Positions 27,646-36,399 of a DNA stretch of 45,906 nucleotides are shown here, one piece after another. Within the stretch, counting starts at the first letter, position 1; each line of letters begins with the position of its first letter. The notes beneath the pieces were generated by a model. It was not told the origin of the DNA. It was given only the letters and a program-made list of their open reading frames with translations, and ran no database searches. This DNA comes from a virus. Its lineage: Duplodnaviria; Caudoviricetes. The stretch spans positions 1 to 45,906 of IMG/VR virus record IMGVR_UViG_3300013767_000014, one strand, 5' to 3'. Made by a program: the position numbers and the translations under genes.

Positions 27646-28587
27646 ATGAGCGCAACTGCTTTTCAGACCTACGATCAGGTAGGTATCAAAGAAGATATCA
27701 GCGATATCATCAGCAACATCAGCCCGACCACGACCCCGTTCCAGTCGAGCATCAAGACCGAGAACGTCCACAACGTTCTGTTCCAGTGGCAGGAAGATGC
27801 GCTGGCAACTGTCGGTGTGAATGCTGCTGTTGAAGGTGCTGATGCCGTCAACAACACGCTGGTCCCGACCGTGATGCGTAGCAACTATACGCAGATCCTG
27901 ACGAAGACTGTCCAGGTGTCTAATACCGCTGACACGGTGTCGACTTACGGTCGAGCCAAAGAACTGGCCTATCAGCTCTCCAAGAAGGCTGCTGAACTTA
28001 AGCGTGAGCTTGAATACACGCTGATTGGTCACCAGGCTGATGCTGCTGTCGGTAACTCGACCACGGCTCGCAATATGGGCTCGGTGTGGGGTAAGGGTGC
28101 CTCGGGCGTTCAGACCATCGACGCATCGAGCACCGTCGACCACACGGCTACTCCGGTGGCCCTGGCTGAAAATGATGTGCTGACGGCCAACCAGAACCTG
28201 TATCAGAACGGTGGCGAGGCAACGATCTTTATGATTAAGCCTGCTGACTCGCTGATTGTGGCTGGTTTTACTGCTGCTGCAGGTCGCTATCGTACCTTTG
28301 ATGGTGCTTCGGATAAAACCGTTGTAAATGCGGTGGATCTCTATGTAAGTCCATTCGGCCAGCAGAAAGTTGTAATTAATCGTTTTATGAAGTCGAGCTG
28401 TGCTCTGCTTTATAACCCGGTTTATTGGAAATTGGCTACGCTGCGTCCGTGGACCCGTATTCCGCTGGCAGTGACCGGTGACGGCCACCGTGAGCAGATC
28501 GTTGGTGAATTCTCGCTGAAGCACACCAACTACAAGGCCTCGGGCTGCATTATCGGCCTGACTGGTACCAACCCGCTGGCACCGTAA
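27646..28587 (+). CDS. Major capsid protein (SU10/DUF5309-like)
   Basis: GIKEDISDII.NISPT.TPF, WQED.L, NYTQI..KTV.VS.T, ELKRELE and GEFSL motifs; strong codon bias. Confidence 0.92.
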   Translation: MSATAFQTYDQVGIKEDISDIISNISPTTTPFQSSIKTENVHNVLFQWQEDALATVGVNAAVEGADAVNNTLVPTVMRSNYTQILTKTVQVSNTADTVSTYGRAKELAYQLSKKAAELKRELEYTLIGHQADAAVGNSTTARNMGSVWGKGASGVQTIDASSTVDHTATPVALAENDVLTANQNLYQNGGEATIFMIKPADSLIVAGFTAAAGRYRTFDGASDKTVVNAVDLYVSPFGQQKVVINRFMKSSCALLYNPVYWKLATLRPWTRIPLAVTGDGHREQIVGEFSLKHTNYKASGCIIGLTGTNPLAP

Positions 28588-28656
28588 TGCTAGGGGCCCC
28601 ACGGGGCCTCTAATCCCCTCCTTGGGCCCGTTCGTGGCCCAACCTAATTCCTTTAC

Positions 28657-28696
28657 GCCCCTGTGGGATCCACTCTCATCCCATGGGGGCTTTTTC
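28657..28696 (+). terminator. Terminator after the capsid gene (third of three consecutive hairpins)
   Basis: GCCCCTGTGGGAT...ATCCCATGGGGGC followed by TTTTT. Confidence 0.75.
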
Positions 28697-28699
28697 GTT

Positions 28700-28993
28700 A
28701 TGACAAAGCTCAACGATATCAAGATCGACTTCGATGAAAACACCGATGGTCTGATCATCAAAAAAGAGCAGCTCATCCCCCACGCGTACCTAAAGCAGCT
28801 CCAAGAGCAGCGCCTCAATTCGGTCAATCAGCGTGAAGGGGAAATGATGCGTGTCGCATCCATCCCAGTCTGCATTGTCGAGAAGTGGGTGAAGGAAGGT
28901 TTCGACTTCTGGAATGAGTCGGCCCAAAAGATCCTCGCCAAGCTCAAGCACGAAAACCTTGAGTACTTCATCACGACTGCCAAGCAAATCTAA
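28700..28993 (+). CDS. Conserved-looking head-module hypothetical protein
   Basis: MTKLNDIKIDF...MRVASIPVCIVEKW; start re-called at ATG 28700. Confidence 0.75.
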   Translation: MTKLNDIKIDFDENTDGLIIKKEQLIPHAYLKQLQEQRLNSVNQREGEMMRVASIPVCIVEKWVKEGFDFWNESAQKILAKLKHENLEYFITTAKQI

Positions 28994-29625
28994 TGAACCT
29001 CTCCCAGATCCGTACTACGTTCCTCGCCATCCTGAACCGCAACGATTGCACTACGGACCTGGCGAATCAATTCATCACCATGGCCCAGACGCGTATTGAG
29101 CGAACGCTCCGCGTACCAGGCATGGAAAAGATGTCGATCACCACGGGTGACCCCTTGGTCCCCACGAATCAGCTGGTGATCCCCAGTGACTTCCTCGAGC
29201 TCAAGTACCTATTCACTCCGAATGAATGGGGAAGCCAGACGCTCATGGAACACAAGGACATCTACCACTTCTTCAACCTGCAGGGCAAGCCTCTGGGTAC
29301 TACTCCGCGCTACTACAGCCGCGTAGGTGCGTCCTACCAGATCACCCCAGTGCTCCCCTCAGGCCAAACGGCGACGATGGTCTATTACGGCTCCCAGCCA
29401 TCTCTGCTCGTTGACACCGACGAGAACTTCTTCTCTGACGTGGCCAGCGATCTGCTGATCTACGCCGCTCTCTCGTACGCCTGCGATTACTTCGTGGATG
29501 ACCGTACGGCTTCCTTCGAGTCTCGCTACGGGCAGCTCTACGGCGACCTCGAGACCCAAGGTCAACAGACTGACATGGGTCAGAGCGCTATGGCAATGGC
29601 CCCGGCGTACAACATGGACTACTAA
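28993..29625 (+). CDS. Head-tail adaptor protein
   Basis: LNR.D...FI.MAQ.RI.R.LR...P.DFLE...P.YY...LL.Y.AL pattern typical of podovirus adaptors. Confidence 0.8.
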   Translation: MNLSQIRTTFLAILNRNDCTTDLANQFITMAQTRIERTLRVPGMEKMSITTGDPLVPTNQLVIPSDFLELKYLFTPNEWGSQTLMEHKDIYHFFNLQGKPLGTTPRYYSRVGASYQITPVLPSGQTATMVYYGSQPSLLVDTDENFFSDVASDLLIYAALSYACDYFVDDRTASFESRYGQLYGDLETQGQQTDMGQSAMAMAPAYNMDY

Positions 29626-32081
29626 TGAGCACCGGCTTCTTTCAGTTTCCACAGGATACGAACACCGTAGAACCTGTGAGCAACCAGTCTGGGTTCTTCT
29701 ACGGTGAAGCTGTCCCGCCTGCGGCTGACTCCACTGAAGCGCTGATCTCCGACCTGACCTCCCAGGTACAACAGGTCACCACAGCGAACACCCAGGCCCA
29801 GGCTGCAGCCACAGCAGCAACATCCGCCGCATCTAACGCAGCCCTGGCGGAGACCAACGTCTCTACCCTGGCCCAGCAGGCCACCACGACCCTCAACCAG
29901 GCAAACACGGCGATTTCCCAGGCGAACACTGCGGTCGCTAATGCCAGTGCTGCCGTTGCCTCGACCAATGCTGCGGTCACGGCCACGGGTAACAGCCAGG
30001 CTGCTGCCGCAAGCTCGGCCTCAGCTGCAGCTGCAAGTCAAACTGCTGCCGCAGGCTCGGCATCCCCGGCCTCCTCGAGCCAGTCCGCAGCCGCCTCTAG
30101 TGCCTCCTCAGCTGCTGCTAATGCCACCTCGGTAGCTGCAGCTCTGGCGTCGATGAATGCGATCTGGTTGGGTGCCAAGACTGCGGATCCTACCCTCGAC
30201 AACAATGGCAATTCCCTGACCATCGGTGCCGAGTACCTGAACACCACCAGGAACCCTCCGACGATCCGTGTCTACACGTCCGGTGGATGGGCAGACCAGG
30301 ATCAGACAGCCGAGACTGCGAGCTCCAATGCGACCCTAGCGGCCAGCCAGGCATCGACCAGCGCCACAAACGCATCGAACAGTGCCAACGCAGCCGCGAC
30401 CAGCGCCACGAATGCGGCAAACAGCGCCTCAGCTGCAGCAACTAGCGCCTCCTCGGCATCGACCTCGAGCTCCTCGGCATCGACCAGCGCAACCAATGCG
30501 GCGAATAGCGCCTCATCTGCCGCAACAACTGCGGCGAATATCAACGCCCTTCTGAACCTGCCCATCACCTCCACGGCGATGACGCTGAACAACACTCAGT
30601 TCCTCAACGGGATCATTGAGTGTACCGGTGCGTTGACGGGCAATACCACGATCACGGTCCCTGCTACGTCGCATCCGTTCATGTTGGTCAACAACACCAC
30701 GGGTGCCTACACGCTGACCGTGCAGATGTCTGGTGGATCTCAGAGTGCCACGGTGGTCCAAGGGTACGCAGGTAACCTCTGCTGCGATGGTATCAACGGT
30801 GTCTATGCGGCCTCGTCGGCTGGTGGTAACGCCAACGCACAGCTGGTCAACACGACACCTACGGCAGGTACCACGTTCATCCCCTTCGCTCACGTCCCAG
30901 GTTTCGCCTGGCTGATGTTGCGCGGTGTGTTCCTGGTGATGGGTACCGACTACACGGACTCGTCTTCTGGCTTCACGCTACAGGGATTCTCTGCGGATGG
31001 TACCGAGTCGTTCCAGATCTTCTCGCTGAACACGGTCTCGATTGCCAACGCAATGACTGCGGCTAGTCCTGTGATTTCCTCAGGGCCTCTGCAGTTTGCC
31101 GATGGCAGTCAGCAGAGCACTGCACCGATGGGTCGGAACAGAATCATCAATGGTGCCTGTCAGGTTCAGGTGAGGCCATCTAGGGTTCACTCGGCTGCCG
31201 TTGCGGGGTACTCGGTCGTTGACCGTATGAACACTTCCAACCAGGCCTCAGGGCAGTTCACGCAGTCTGGTGGGACCATTACGTACCAAGGCGTCGTTTA
31301 CCCGGCTGTCGTGCAGCAGGTCAACACAGCTTGCACTAGCTTCTCTGGCGGTAACTATTGGTTTGGTGTTTACCAGATCATTGAAGGGTACAACTGCTAC
31401 GACTTGGTAAGTAAGCCAACCACGGTGTCGTTCCTGTTCAACGCAAGTCAGACGGGTACGTACCCTGTGTGCATCCGTGACAGTTCGAGTGCGTACTCTT
31501 ACGTAACCACGTTCAACTACACGAACTCTGGAGTCACGCAAAGGGTTGTGGTGAACATTCCTGCACCTCCTGCTGGAGCCACGTACCCGCGCACCAACGG
31601 CGTAGGCATGTCGGTGATCGTCGGCTTCCAGAACACCGGAACGTACCAAGCGCCTTCTATCAATGCGTGGAATGCTGGTAACTACCTTAGCGCCGCTGGG
31701 TGTGTCCAGTGGGGCCTTGTGGCTAACGCCTTCATCTCCGTTACGAATCTTCAGCTTGAAGCAGGGACCATTCAGAACCCTGTGTTTGAGGTGATCGACC
31801 TTGGTCTTGAGTACCTACGTTGTCAACGGTACTTCGAGACTGGTTGGTGGCGGATGATCTACAACGCATCAGTAACGGGCTATTGGGGTAGTACCACCAC
31901 CATCTACAAGGCGTCCAAACGCTCCACACCGGCAATCTCAGTCAACGTCACTGGGAACAATAACGGTACTTATCAGGCTGCTTACACAACCAGTGAATAC
32001 ATCATCGTTGCGTCTACTGCTTCAGCACCCACAGGCGCTGTGGACATGAGCGGTTCGTTCACGTCTGACTGCGATTTCTAA
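29625..32081 (+). CDS. Long tail fibre protein
   Basis: Ala/Ser-rich coiled-coil repeats, LGAK..DPTLDNNG motif, and a C-terminal GRNRIING...QLEAG...CQRYF domain. Confidence 0.85.
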   Translation: MSTGFFQFPQDTNTVEPVSNQSGFFYGEAVPPAADSTEALISDLTSQVQQVTTANTQAQAAATAATSAASNAALAETNVSTLAQQATTTLNQANTAISQANTAVANASAAVASTNAAVTATGNSQAAAASSASAAAASQTAAAGSASPASSSQSAAASSASSAAANATSVAAALASMNAIWLGAKTADPTLDNNGNSLTIGAEYLNTTRNPPTIRVYTSGGWADQDQTAETASSNATLAASQASTSATNASNSANAAATSATNAANSASAAATSASSASTSSSSASTSATNAANSASSAATTAANINALLNLPITSTAMTLNNTQFLNGIIECTGALTGNTTITVPATSHPFMLVNNTTGAYTLTVQMSGGSQSATVVQGYAGNLCCDGINGVYAASSAGGNANAQLVNTTPTAGTTFIPFAHVPGFAWLMLRGVFLVMGTDYTDSSSGFTLQGFSADGTESFQIFSLNTVSIANAMTAASPVISSGPLQFADGSQQSTAPMGRNRIINGACQVQVRPSRVHSAAVAGYSVVDRMNTSNQASGQFTQSGGTITYQGVVYPAVVQQVNTACTSFSGGNYWFGVYQIIEGYNCYDLVSKPTTVSFLFNASQTGTYPVCIRDSSSAYSYVTTFNYTNSGVTQRVVVNIPAPPAGATYPRTNGVGMSVIVGFQNTGTYQAPSINAWNAGNYLSAAGCVQWGLVANAFISVTNLQLEAGTIQNPVFEVIDLGLEYLRCQRYFETGWWRMIYNASVTGYWGSTTTIYKASKRSTPAISVNVTGNNNGTYQAAYTTSEYIIVASTASAPTGAVDMSGSFTSDCDF

Positions 32082-32093
32082 CTTAGGAGACCT

Positions 32094-33119
32094 ATGTCTT
32101 TGAATCAAACATTGGCACGGCTCTCCGACATTGGAGGCCCTGCTGGCGTTCCCTTTGCCAACCGCAATGCGTTCATTGATGGTGCCTTTGATAACTGGAC
32201 CTCCAGTGCAATGTCGATCACCGCCGCGAACGGCCAGACGTACCTCAACGCAACCATGTGGATGGGGTACACAGGTACAGGCGGCTCCGCAAACATCACC
32301 CGTGTAGATGCTAGGACAAACGGCATCGTCGGTGATAGCGCACCACGTAACTACTTGGTGTGGAACCAATCTGTCGCGTGTACAAGCTCAGGCTATTTCC
32401 TTCAGAAGCTTGAAGGTGCCCACAAGTTCGCGGGTAAGTCCGTGACCATCAGCATGAAGCTGTGGGTTGGCTCGGGGTCCATTACGATCCCTCGGATCAT
32501 GACTCAGCAGTACTTCGGTACTGGTGGTTCTCCGTCTGCTGTGAACGTGTTGGACACCCCTATCAACTGGGTGTTGACGACTAGCGCAAAGCGTTTCTCG
32601 TTCCGTATGGATATCCCTGCAGTCACTGGGAAAACCTTCGGCACCAACGGTGATGACTCGCTCTACGTGGGCATCTGGTTGCCTACTGGTGTCACGTACA
32701 ACATGGGCGTGATGGAAATGCAGGTCGAAGAGTGTAGCCCACGCAGCAGCTCGGACATCAACGGTAACGGGGGAGCCCCCACAGCTTTCGAGTATCGCGG
32801 CTATGAGGAGGAACTCCTGCGCCAGCTACGGTACTACGAGACAGCCTTTATCCCGCCCACGTACTACAACCTATCACCAGCTACGCCACTGATGGCTTAC
32901 ATGCAGGCCATTACATACCTTGTGCCTAAGCGTGGAAACGGGTCGGTGTCGTTCGCTGGTATTGGCTACTACAGCGGTGGCACACCAACCACAATGCCTG
33001 TGGGGAACATCGTCGTTGTTGGTCCTGGACCCAACGGAGTCACGCTCTACCTCAATGGTGGCATGACTAACTGTGCTGGCTGCTCTGGTGGTCAATACAC
33101 CTGTGACGCAAGACTATGA
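32094..33119 (+). CDS. Second tail fibre / receptor-binding protein
   Basis: NRNAFIDGAF...QVEE...TAFEYR...EL...RYYE, paralogous to the C-terminal domain of the upstream fibre. Confidence 0.75.
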   Translation: MSLNQTLARLSDIGGPAGVPFANRNAFIDGAFDNWTSSAMSITAANGQTYLNATMWMGYTGTGGSANITRVDARTNGIVGDSAPRNYLVWNQSVACTSSGYFLQKLEGAHKFAGKSVTISMKLWVGSGSITIPRIMTQQYFGTGGSPSAVNVLDTPINWVLTTSAKRFSFRMDIPAVTGKTFGTNGDDSLYVGIWLPTGVTYNMGVMEMQVEECSPRSSSDINGNGGAPTAFEYRGYEEELLRQLRYYETAFIPPTYYNLSPATPLMAYMQAITYLVPKRGNGSVSFAGIGYYSGGTPTTMPVGNIVVVGPGPNGVTLYLNGGMTNCAGCSGGQYTCDARL

Positions 33120-33541
33120 CAACTTTCAAACAACTACGGAATCTGGACGGCACGGTGTCTACCACCACTGTCCAGTACACCGATGACCAAGGGACAATCT
33201 GGACTGTCCCTCTGGGCTCAGGGAATCGTCTTGAGACCTTGATGGACGCCTGGATTGCCCAGGGGAACGCTGTGGTCCCCGCAGATCCTGTCCCTGTGGT
33301 CATCCCTCAGTCGGTCACGCCATTCCAAGCGAAAGCTGCGCTTCTCTCTGCAGGTTACATGCCCCAGGTGAATGCGCTGATGGCTGACCCTACAACCCCT
33401 CCGATGTACGTCCTCGCCTGGAACGAAGCTTCTGTCTTCAACCGAGAGTCTCCCACTGTATTGGCCCTAGCTGCGAAGCTTGGGATGACCTCGGCACAGC
33501 TCGACCAGCTCTTCACCCAGGCTGCGACCATCACAGCATAA
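33116..33541 (+). CDS. Tail fibre assembly/chaperone-like protein
   Basis: PQSVTPFQAKAALL...W..A..F.R..P....LA..LG....QLDQLF motif. Confidence 0.7.
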   Translation: MTTFKQLRNLDGTVSTTTVQYTDDQGTIWTVPLGSGNRLETLMDAWIAQGNAVVPADPVPVVIPQSVTPFQAKAALLSAGYMPQVNALMADPTTPPMYVLAWNEASVFNRESPTVLALAAKLGMTSAQLDQLFTQAATITA

Positions 33542-33553
33542 GAAGGAATCAAA

Positions 33554-34039
33554 ATGGCATGGCGTGAAATCGCTGCGGATCTCATCAAGGGATTCGAGAG
33601 CTGCCGCCTGAAGGCCTACCCTGACCCTGTCACTGGTGCAGCTCCCTGGACCATCGGCTATGGTGCTACGGGCCCTAACATCGGCCCAGGCACCGTATGG
33701 ACTCAGGTCCAGGCTGACTTCGAGCTCTCTCAGAAGATCGAAGAAATTGGTACGCTCATTGACAAGATTGTCACGGTCCCCCTCACCGACGAGGAGAAGG
33801 CTGCACTGTGTTCGTTTGTCTACAACTGTGGTGGTTCAGCATTACAACACAGCACACTGTTGTACAAGATAAACGCAGGTGATATTGAAGGGGCCGCTAA
33901 TGAGTTTCCAAGATGGGACAAGGCAGGAGGACATGAGATCGTAGGTCTCCTGAATCGTCGTCGGCAAGAGAGAGCTGAGTTTCTCCTGGGGGACAACCAG
34001 GGGGAGCTCGCGGGAAAGTCTCTGGGGGTCGCAACATGA
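33554..34039 (+). CDS. Endolysin, GH24 lysozyme
   Basis: FESCRLKAYPD...WTIGYG, ALCSFVYN, STLL and GLLNRR..E motifs. Confidence 0.95.
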   Translation: MAWREIAADLIKGFESCRLKAYPDPVTGAAPWTIGYGATGPNIGPGTVWTQVQADFELSQKIEEIGTLIDKIVTVPLTDEEKAALCSFVYNCGGSALQHSTLLYKINAGDIEGAANEFPRWDKAGGHEIVGLLNRRRQERAEFLLGDNQGELAGKSLGVAT

Positions 34040-34593
34040 ACTGGTCAGGCGTAGCCAACATGGCCAAGGAGCTGGCCCCTACCATCGCTACCTGTGTTGG
34101 TGGTCCCCTTGCAGGTACCGCAGTGACGGCCCTCGAGGGTGTGTTCAATCTCACCCCCAAGGTAACCTCTACGACCGACCAGCGTCTCGATGCTGTGGCT
34201 GAGGCAATGGCTGGAGCAACCCCAGATCAGCTTGCAGCTGTACGCAAGGCTGACCAGGACTTCCAGGCAAAGATGTCGGAGCTCGGCTTCAAGGACATCG
34301 AATCCCTAGCGGCCCTCGAGGTCCAGGATCTGGGATCCGCCAGGACGATGCAGTCGACTACCAGGTCGTGGGTGCCTCCGGTGCTCACCATACTGATCAC
34401 AGTGGGCTTCTTTGGCCTGGTGGCCACCCTCATGCTCGCTTCGGTCCCTGAGGCCAACAAGGCGATCATGTATTCCCTCATCGGCTCCCTGGGTACCGCA
34501 TGGATTGGCGTCGTCCACTTCTGGTTCGGTGACACCATGGCATCCACGGAGAAGACCAACATCATCGCTAAGGCACAGCCGGTAGACACATGA
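34036..34593 (+). CDS. Holin-like membrane protein
   Basis: APTIAT..GGPLAG N-terminus, SAR motif, two C-terminal transmembrane helices and FWFG; next to the endolysin. Confidence 0.7.
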   Translation: MNWSGVANMAKELAPTIATCVGGPLAGTAVTALEGVFNLTPKVTSTTDQRLDAVAEAMAGATPDQLAAVRKADQDFQAKMSELGFKDIESLAALEVQDLGSARTMQSTTRSWVPPVLTILITVGFFGLVATLMLASVPEANKAIMYSLIGSLGTAWIGVVHFWFGDTMASTEKTNIIAKAQPVDT

Positions 34594-34823
34594 CAATGGC
34601 CACAGACTGCGACAAGCGACTAGCTCACCTGGAGTTCCGGGCTGACGCTCACGACAAGGAGATCACGTCTCTGCGGGACTCCCAGCAACTCTTCAGCAAG
34701 AGCCTCCAGGCTATCGAGCAAACTCTCCTTCAGATCAAATGGGCCCTCTACGGTGGTGGCCTGGTCTTCACGCTGAGTAACTTCGGCCTGAAGGACGTAC
34801 TCTTCAAATACCTCCTCCACTAA
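34590..34823 (+). CDS. Coiled-coil plus transmembrane protein (XhlA-like holin candidate)
   Basis: Coiled coil followed by the hydrophobic segment KWALYGGGLVF. Confidence 0.6.
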   Translation: MTMATDCDKRLAHLEFRADAHDKEITSLRDSQQLFSKSLQAIEQTLLQIKWALYGGGLVFTLSNFGLKDVLFKYLLH

Positions 34824-35197
34824 TGTCCGCATTCACTCCCTCGCTCAACCCGAACATTGGCAACCAGAACTTCTACCACAAGCTCGCTGCAGCTGGCACC
34901 AACGGTGCTCTGGTGAAGACTGGTGTGACCTCGGTCGGTTCCATCAACATCATCAACGCAGCTGCGTCTGCTCGGTACGTCAAGCTCTACAACAAAGCCA
35001 CGGCACCTGTGGTCGGTACTGATGTCCCTGTGAAGACCTTCATGGTCCCTGCAAGTGCCACAATCAGTCCGGAGCTCGGTGCAGCTGGTCTTCGTTTTAG
35101 CCTGGGTCTCGGTGTAGCAATTACCGGTGGCCTGGTCGACACGGATACCACAGCTGTAACGGCCAACGATGTCTGTCTAGACCTCACGTACGCGTAA
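34823..35197 (+). CDS. Small beta-rich protein, probably a virion component
   Basis: 124 aa, YVKLYNKATAP and GLRFSLGL motifs; codon usage of a highly expressed gene. Confidence 0.6.
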   Translation: MSAFTPSLNPNIGNQNFYHKLAAAGTNGALVKTGVTSVGSINIINAAASARYVKLYNKATAPVVGTDVPVKTFMVPASATISPELGAAGLRFSLGLGVAITGGLVDTDTTAVTANDVCLDLTYA

Positions 35198-35201
35198 TAA
35201 A

Positions 35202-35247
35202 GAAAAACCCCCCAAGGTTTCCTTATGGATTCCCTGGGGTTTTTTTC
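35202..35247. terminator. Bidirectional terminator between convergent transcription units
   Basis: GAAAAACCCCCCAAGG...CCCTGGGGTTTTTTTC hairpin with A and T tracts on both sides. Confidence 0.8.
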
Positions 35248-35594
35248 GTGATCCTGGTGAGCGCTATATCGGCCTCAGCGACAGCCTTTTGAATCGCCAC
35301 ACAGCACTGGTGCCGGATCTCTGCGTGGCCCTTCTCGGCCTCTTCCCAGGTGGCATATCGACGCATGTAGTCGTCCATGGGACCACCGAACACCATGGTC
35401 TCAAACAGGATCGGCGGTCCCTTTCCAGTGTGGTTGTGGTCAAGCCCAAGGAACACCGTGGACACCCTGCAGTCCTCCGCAGGGTAATCCTCGGCTACAC
35501 GCCTATCACCGATCTCATACCACCTCGCCCAGTCCCAGTGATCCTTACATGGGATTGGACGATGGCCGACCAGCTTGAAAAACATCCTATCCAT
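35223..35594 (-). CDS. Hypothetical phage protein
   Basis: VSTVFLGLDH...PILFETMVFGG...RYATWEEA..GH pattern, seen in many phages. Confidence 0.75.
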   Translation of the reverse strand: MDRMFFKLVGHRPIPCKDHWDWARWYEIGDRRVAEDYPAEDCRVSTVFLGLDHNHTGKGPPILFETMVFGGPMDDYMRRYATWEEAEKGHAEIRHQCCVAIQKAVAEADIALTRITKKTPGNP

Positions 35595-35790
35595 ATAAGC
35601 CACTCTGCTCAATCTCGTCCGCAAGGTTCCTCAGGAGCTGCGGCAAGTTCATCTGGATTTCCATGGGTGCCTGGACACTGAAGCCAGAACCTTTGTCACC
35701 CCCGATGACCATCAGGACAATCCCCTTGGCTCCTGTTGTGATACGGGCAACCGTGGCGGTCTGATCGTACTTACCTGGGCCGAGTGCCAT
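35587..35790 (-). CDS. Hypothetical protein (67 aa)
   Basis: RBS GGAG; MALGPGKYD... Confidence 0.7.
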   Translation of the reverse strand: MALGPGKYDQTATVARITTGAKGIVLMVIGGDKGSGFSVQAPMEIQMNLPQLLRNLADEIEQSGLYG

Positions 35791-36061
35791 GGTTCTTCTC
35801 CAGTCTCTTGCGGATCTCAGGTGGGAGCGCCTCAGGCGGAAGCTTGGACATCTCCTCGAGGAACCTGCGGTCCAGCTCGGCCATGCGCCTTTCGTGCCTT
35901 ACGTGCGACCACAGCATCCAGAGGGCGCAGCTGCCATTCACTACGGAAAGGCCATAGTGCCCCCAGTACAGCTGCAGGAACGTCATCAAAACGTTCAGGA
36001 TCCCTGCCAGGTCGAACATCAGCCCCGTGGGTAGTCGCGGAAACGGTTTCATTGTTGTCAC
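35771..36061 (-). CDS. Hypothetical membrane protein (2 transmembrane helices)
   Basis: Two hydrophobic segments; overlaps its neighbours. Confidence 0.65.
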   Translation of the reverse strand: MTTMKPFPRLPTGLMFDLAGILNVLMTFLQLYWGHYGLSVVNGSCALWMLWSHVRHERRMAELDRRFLEEMSKLPPEALPPEIRKRLEKNHGTRPR

Positions 36062-36399
36062 TCATATTCAGCTGTACGCCTCGGCCAGAACTCGCTGGCG
36101 TCGTAGTTAGGCTTGCGCTTGGCCTCGATGTCCTCAGCGGTCTCAGGACGTCTCGCTACCCAGCCGCTAGGGATATCCTGGCCGCTCTGGAGCATCCTGT
36201 ACTCAGCCAAAGCTGTGGTCAGGTCAGCAAAACAATACCTGCGGGTGTACATGACCTCAGGGGTAATTCCGATGCAGAGGGCCTTTGTGAACGCCAGGGG
36301 CGCGATTCCCACATAGGTTCCATCGGCCAGTCGCCTGGCACAGTAGAAGCCACCACCTTCCCTGACAAGGGCCTTGGTGAAGTCGTCTTGATCTCGCAT
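36058..36399 (-). CDS. Hypothetical protein
   Basis: 113 aa, translationally coupled; LAFTKALCIG...Y.RRYCF...P.GW motif. Confidence 0.7.
   Translation of the reverse strand: MRDQDDFTKALVREGGGFYCARRLADGTYVGIAPLAFTKALCIGITPEVMYTRRYCFADLTTALAEYRMLQSGQDIPSGWVARRPETAEDIEAKRKPNYDASEFWPRRTAEYE

Noticed and set aside
27595-28827. Long minus-strand ORFs over virion genes (also 24505..25590, 18627..19826, 21147..22049)
   Set aside because: Antisense shadows of well-supported plus-strand genes.
29790-30540. Ala/Ser repeat region as a novel repeat element
   Set aside because: Ordinary low-complexity coiled-coil stalk of a tail fibre.
32094-33119. Diversity-generating retroelement acting on the paralogous fibre tips
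   Set aside because: No reverse transcriptase gene and no near-identical template/variable repeat pair is visible.
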